From assembly GCA_051362555.1 (NCBI GenBank), contig CM120640.1, positions 45,424,788 to 45,488,787 of the forward strand: 64,000 bases of DNA, in the 5' to 3' direction. Positions 58,901 to 64,000 of the stretch are shown here, piece by piece; position 1 is the first letter of the stretch, and every line of letters begins with the position of its first letter. The stretch comes from Lingula anatina (Eukaryota > Animalia > Brachiopoda). A program made the position numbers and the translations under genes. A model generated the notes under the pieces. That model saw only the letters and a list, made by a program, of their open reading frames with translations, made no database searches and was not told the origin of the DNA.

Positions 58901-61628
58901 TGTACCAACATCAGATTACATAAATGCTAACTATATGAGGGTATGTAACTGTGCATGCTAACAATATCATAAAAGAAAAACTGAATTTCGTGCCTGGATT
59001 GCTTTTTAGAGGTTTGGCGAAATGTTTTGGTGAAAATATATATATTTCCCTCTCAGACACAAATAACAAAGGTTGAGAATAGAAATGTAAAATCCTTTGT
59101 GCTTTGTTCAGGGTTATATGGGAGAAAGAAACTGCTACATTGCCACCCAAGCTCCACTGGAACAAACTGTTGCTGACTTCTGGCGCATGGTCTGGGAACA
59201 ACAGTCCAAACTCATTATCATGCTCACTGACTTTGAGGAAAAAGAAGTGGTACAATAATACATATATGATTTTATAAGTATATAGTAAAAACATGAAATA
59301 AAAGAGACAATTATATCAATTATATTTTAGAATAAAACTTACACTAAAGATTACCTTTATTCACAGTTAAATAAAAAAAAACAACAAAATATAGCTTGAA
59401 AATACTTATTTTGAAAAGTACCACATTTTGTTTTTAGCCTAAGTGTTTTCCATATTGGCCCAACACAGATGGTGTGGATACCATGCGTTTATATGGAGAT
59501 TATGAAGTGATGCTTAAGAAGAAAGAGATCTTTCAAGAATATACCATATCAGTCCTCTCACTAAAGGATGTAGAGGTTTGTTGTGTCACTCTTCAGCATT
59601 TTTATTTAGTAATATTATTACTAGCAGTTATCAATTCATGAAATGCCTTAAAATGCTGAACTTTATAATATAAGATTATGTATTACTGGAATAGATGTGC
59701 ATTGGGTATAAAAACATAATTCTTACCCCAGGGGTATCATATTCTCCATGTGCAGCACCTACTAGTATGAATAAAATTCATTCAAAGTCTATGTGCACTG
59801 TACAAAAGGATACATGTATCTTTAATTCATCATTTGAGATGCAAATTTGATTTAAAAAAATGTAAATATTCCTTTCTTCTGTTATGGTTATCCATCCACT
59901 GGGCGTTTAAGAAAGAGGAAATGCCCATTAAAGCTTTTGGTCAAAACTTGTGTGACTCTGCCAGTTCTGCTTGTTTAGCTCTTTAATCAGTACCAGTAGC
60001 AATTAGGGTCTCTTTAACAAACATGATAAAACAACATTATTTTTGATTAGATGGCACAGCTCTCTTCGTGTTTATTGTTATAGATAATAGATAAATATGT
60101 AAACATACTGAGCAAATGTTGAGTAAAAAATCCAAATCACACTTTTTGGTGAAAGCAAGGAACTAGTATCTTTGTTTTTACCAGTTTTTCCCCTCTTTAA
60201 TATAAGACAAAAATTTTAGTTTCAGAAGAAATACAGCATTCAGTATGAAAAAATATATACTCTTAAGTTCCTGTTCCTATGAAAATACTGTTTACAAAAA
60301 CTTGTCAGCTGCTTTCTTATCCATGTTACATGTTATATGTTATTGTTGCTCCAATCACAGAGGAACCTGTGCCGTGAAGTGATCCACATGTGGTACACAG
60401 CCTGGCCAATCCATGGTACCCCAGAGTCCACGCTGTCTGTGCAGACATTTATTCTTGAGGCCAGGAAACACATGGAAGAAAGCAGAGGGCCTGCCATAGT
60501 CCACTGCAGGTAAGAATTTATCTCTTTCCTCAGTAAGTTCTTTGCATAAGTGGTGACAGGAGAACATTTGGTCTTAAAGTCAATAAATGATAAGTACATG
60601 CTGTATAATATACATTTTATGGCAGAAGATGGGAATTTTTCTCCATTTTGTACGATTTTTTTACATATACTGTAAGTAATGAAGAAAGGAGAATTTCAGT
60701 GGTGGTTATGGTAGGGGTGGAATTTTATTATTTACTAGCAAATCCAGGAAAGAAGTATTGGTTTAAATTTAAAGCATTTCTTTCCATTTTCAATAAGATA
60801 AAGAAGGTATTTTAAAAATCATACTAGAGTGTAACTTCCTCTAACTGATTTCTTTTTACCATTTTTAGAGGAAATTTGTCAAACTGTCAAGAATGAACAC
60901 TGGGCATGTTATTAAGTAAATTCAGAACAAGGCTAACATTCATATACATATTCCTAACTTTACATTCTTTGCAATCCATGTAATATTTATATTCAGTCTT
61001 TCATATTACTAAGTACCTCCAATTTTTGTCATGATATTATAATAATTCCTTTTGATATTTCAGTCCTGGCACTGGTCGCACAGGCACGTTTCTTGCCATA
61101 GACATATGCATGCAAGCATATGAAGACTGTCATTCAGTAGATATTCTGAACTGTGTGTACAGACTGAGGTGTGACAGGGGAGGCTCCGTCCAGACCAAAG
61201 AACAATACGTTTTCATTTATAAGGTAAAATTTAAAATTAAAAGTAATAGTTTTGAAGAATAATGTTAGCTTACTGTTGCTAAATTGATGTATGTCTATCA
61301 GGCATAAGACAGCTTGTGTTTTTTTCTGTCAAATATTTATTTTTTGCTAGTAGGTTTAATACCACCTAAGGCTCAATAATATTTGTGTTGGTTAAAGAAA
61401 TTGCAAACTTTCATTTTTTTGCCAATTTAACATTAGTTAATCAATGAACACTTTAGTTTGTAGGATCTACTTGAAATGATGTGGGTTTTTCACACTGCGT
61501 CACATCATTGGAAATGGTTCAAAAAAGTGTACAAATTTTATTTTCAGGCACTCCATGATTATGCAGTTTTTCTTAGTAATCCATCCTCTAGTTCATCTTC
61601 TTCCTCATCCCTGCATGTGTTGACCTGA
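50587..61628 (+). CDS. Receptor-type protein tyrosine phosphatase-like protein (signal peptide, S/T-rich mucin stalk, SEA-like juxtamembrane domain, TM, single PTP domain; ~1044 aa)
   Basis: Exons 50587-50605 (or duplicate 50731-50749), 53079-54892, 55696-55842, 56914-57162, 57381-57461, 58222-58303, 58864-58940, 59112-59249, 59438-59575, 60361-60509, 61064-61223, 61548-61628 (TGA). Signal [18 protein letters not shown]; [28 protein letters not shown] followed by RRRRGK; PTP motifs [68 protein letters not shown]. Confidence 0.92.
51123..51198. repeat. Compound (TA)n(CA)n microsatellite
   Basis: TA run followed directly by a CA run. Confidence 0.95.
52831..53066. repeat. ~235-bp direct repeat of 50790-51026 within PTP intron 1
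   Basis: Colinear match, e.g. tttccatttttacttgcattataagttgttttgccagatggtttaaataat ... gtagtattcaagagaaaga. Confidence 0.85.
56426..56639. mobile_element. PIF/Harbinger-type MITE (214 bp) in a PTP intron
   Basis: Imperfect TIRs gaccccatttccagagattagatcgatc / gatcgatctaaaatctatgggaatgcgccc; TAA TSD at 56423-56425 and 56640-56642; CpG-rich interior. Confidence 0.75.
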
Positions 61629-63176
61629 CACCAAGAGGAAAAGGCAGACAAGAAAAAAAAACATTGAGGAGCTCCAAGCTTATTTTGCAGATATAAATCT
61701 TTTTATAAGTACATGTATCAGCCCCAAGAATATTTTGTCTGCTTATCTCATGGATAAACATAATCAAACTAGATTGCAGTAGAGGAATCCAAAATAGATT
61801 GCAGTAGAGGAACTTTGTAGTGACAAGGACCCATCAAACAAATATCATGGGTTCTATGTAGAGGCATTTATCCTGTTTTTTTTTGTTTTTTTTTCTTTTT
61901 CCTTTTGACTCTATATGGCATAAAAACTGTTCATATAGGAGCAAACAAAGGACTAAAACTAATAACTAAAACAAGTGACTAAAGCCTTGTCATGTTGGGG
62001 TCTTACTGGTTATTTCCATCACATAAATAGCTTTATGGCTAAAACACCATCTGTATTATGTTTCAGTAATTTGGTAGGAGTTAACAATATGCATCCATCC
62101 GTCAGGTCTTGCTTGGTAATTACATGCACTAAAGTGCTATATGTTAAAGTTACTATATGTATAACAAAAAAAGGACAGCCAATCTGAACCTCCTCCTGAA
62201 TCTTAATGCACCTGTCCACATGTGGTTTGGACATTTTATTTTCATTAGAGCAATGGGAATAGAAGTTCTCATTGGCAGCCATGTGTATACTAAGTATATT
62301 GTTTCATCTAAAACTGGTTCTCTGTGACAATTTTTGAAAAATCCCTTTTAGAGGCTCACAGGTAGTCTGCTTAGAAGTAAATGTTATTTGTTACTTTGTC
62401 TGAATACCAAGAATATAATTAATATAGAATCGTTCATAAACCTACTCTAAGTATTGTACTTTTTTGTGAAGGATTTGTGGTCAGTATACACAAAAATGCA
62501 CACACAAACACACACCATCAAACAGAGGGAATCCATCAATTAATATTACTGTCATATCACATAAGGGTGTAATTTTGCAAATAGTCTTCTAGAAAATGCA
62601 TGTAGTCTTAAATATTTGTTTATAGTATATGTAGTTAAGTTGATAGTTAACAGCATTACCATATTTAGCTGTCTCAATTTTTTTAAAGATTTACATACAA
62701 ACACAGCTGGGAATATTGAAATGAAGGGAACCATACTGCAGTGTACTAAGCAAATGGAAAACTGAATTATAATCCAATATATCTAATACCCAATATAGCC
62801 TAAATGAATTTAAACCAAAGTGTTTTAGTGTTGTGAAGTGTATTTTTGGACTTTGCAGTCAAAGCACAGCTTGAATTATGCTTTCATACTGGTGCTAATC
62901 TTTTTCCAGTTGTATGTTACATTCTCTCTGCTAGTATACTACTTAAATGACCACAAATGATGATATAACAGTAGTTAAGAACAAACTGGTGAAAAACAGC
63001 AGTCTTCTGTTTTAAGGTTTAGAAACATTAACTCTCTTAAAATTCAAACACCCATTCGAGTTGCCAGTATTTCATTTCCGAAATTTTAAAGTGTCATGCA
63101 ATCTAGAAGTTTCTAATGCCTGTAAATTTGCATTTTGTAGCAGGAGTTTGTAAGATATTTTGTAGTGTTTATTTTT

Positions 63177-64000
63177 ATGTACAGACACAGATGTGTCTGT
63201 ACATATAGCCATCATCTGCGTCTGTCGTCGCCGTCGCCGTCGTCGCTGTCGCCGTCGTCGCCGTCGTCGCCGTCGCCGTGCACTTTTACCGATAACACGA
63301 TAAATGGAAAACTGTTTTTTCTTTTGGTATGAAACTTACAGAACTGATGAATATTCATAATACGCAGGTCAAGTTCGAAAATCAGCATGATCGGGTCACT
63401 TTTAGGGAATTTATGCTGTTTTTTCACTTTTTTCAGCATATATGCAGCACTGATAACACGATAAGTGGAAAACCATTTTACCTTTTGACTTGAAACTTAC
63501 AAAACTGATGAATATTCATAATACGCAGGTCAAGTTTGAAAATCAGCATGATCGGGTCACTTTTAGGGAATTAATGCTGTTTTTTCACTTTTTTCAGCAT
63601 ATATGCAGCACTGATAACACGATAAGTGAAAAACCATTTTACCTTTTGGCTTGAAAGTTACAGAACTGATGAATATTCATAATACGCAGGTCAAGTTCGA
63701 AAATCAGCATGATCGTGTCATTTTTAGGGAATTTATGCTGTTTTTTTCACTTTTTTCAGCATATATGCAACCCCGATAACACCATAAGTGGAAAACCATC
63801 CTACCTTTTGGCTTGAAACTTACAAAACTGATTAATATTCATAATACACAGGTCAAGTTCGAAAATCAGCATGATTGGGTCATTTTTAGGGAATTTATGC
63901 TGTTTTTTCACTATTTTTCAGCATATATGCAGCACCGATAACACCATAAGTGGAAAACCAATTTACCTTTTGGCTTGAAACTTGTAGAACTGATAAATAT
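63177..64000 (+). mobile_element. Helentron-associated interspersed element (HINE/DINE-like) carrying a ~161-bp tandem array; runs off the window
   Basis: T-run, then hairpin atgtacagacac-agat-gtgtctgtacat, then a GTC/GCC-rich microsatellite (63215-63279), then tandem units with gataacac at 63291, 63452, 63613, 63775 and 63937. Confidence 0.8.

Overview
AT-rich, intron-rich animal genomic DNA, probably a lophotrochozoan such as a mollusc (inferred from repeat types and gene content). I could assemble six spliced protein-coding genes by hand with consistent exon phases: MMS19 (+, 5'-truncated, 24 exons); a five-finger C2H2 zinc-finger gene (-), head-to-head with HOGA1 (+, 7 exons); a BTB-domain gene nested antisense in HOGA1 intron 5; a monofunctional peptidylglycine alpha-hydroxylating monooxygenase (PHM, +); and a mucin-stalk receptor-type protein tyrosine phosphatase with altered catalytic motifs (+). 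Repeats include a 2.2-kb TIR element with a 5-bp TSD and an internal tandem array, several MITEs, a decayed LINE reverse transcriptase, a Helentron-associated (HINE-like) element with a ~161-bp array, minisatellites and palindromes. Most notable: a C-x9-YH-x7-CxxC motif encoded both at the BTB C-terminus and in frame upstream of its apparent start codon; a probable pseudophosphatase (WPD->WPI) with a duplicated start-codon exon; a transposon-borne ATG exon in phase with the zinc-finger exons; and MMS19-HOGA1 linkage that I recall also occurs in human. All calls are manual, with no database searches run.
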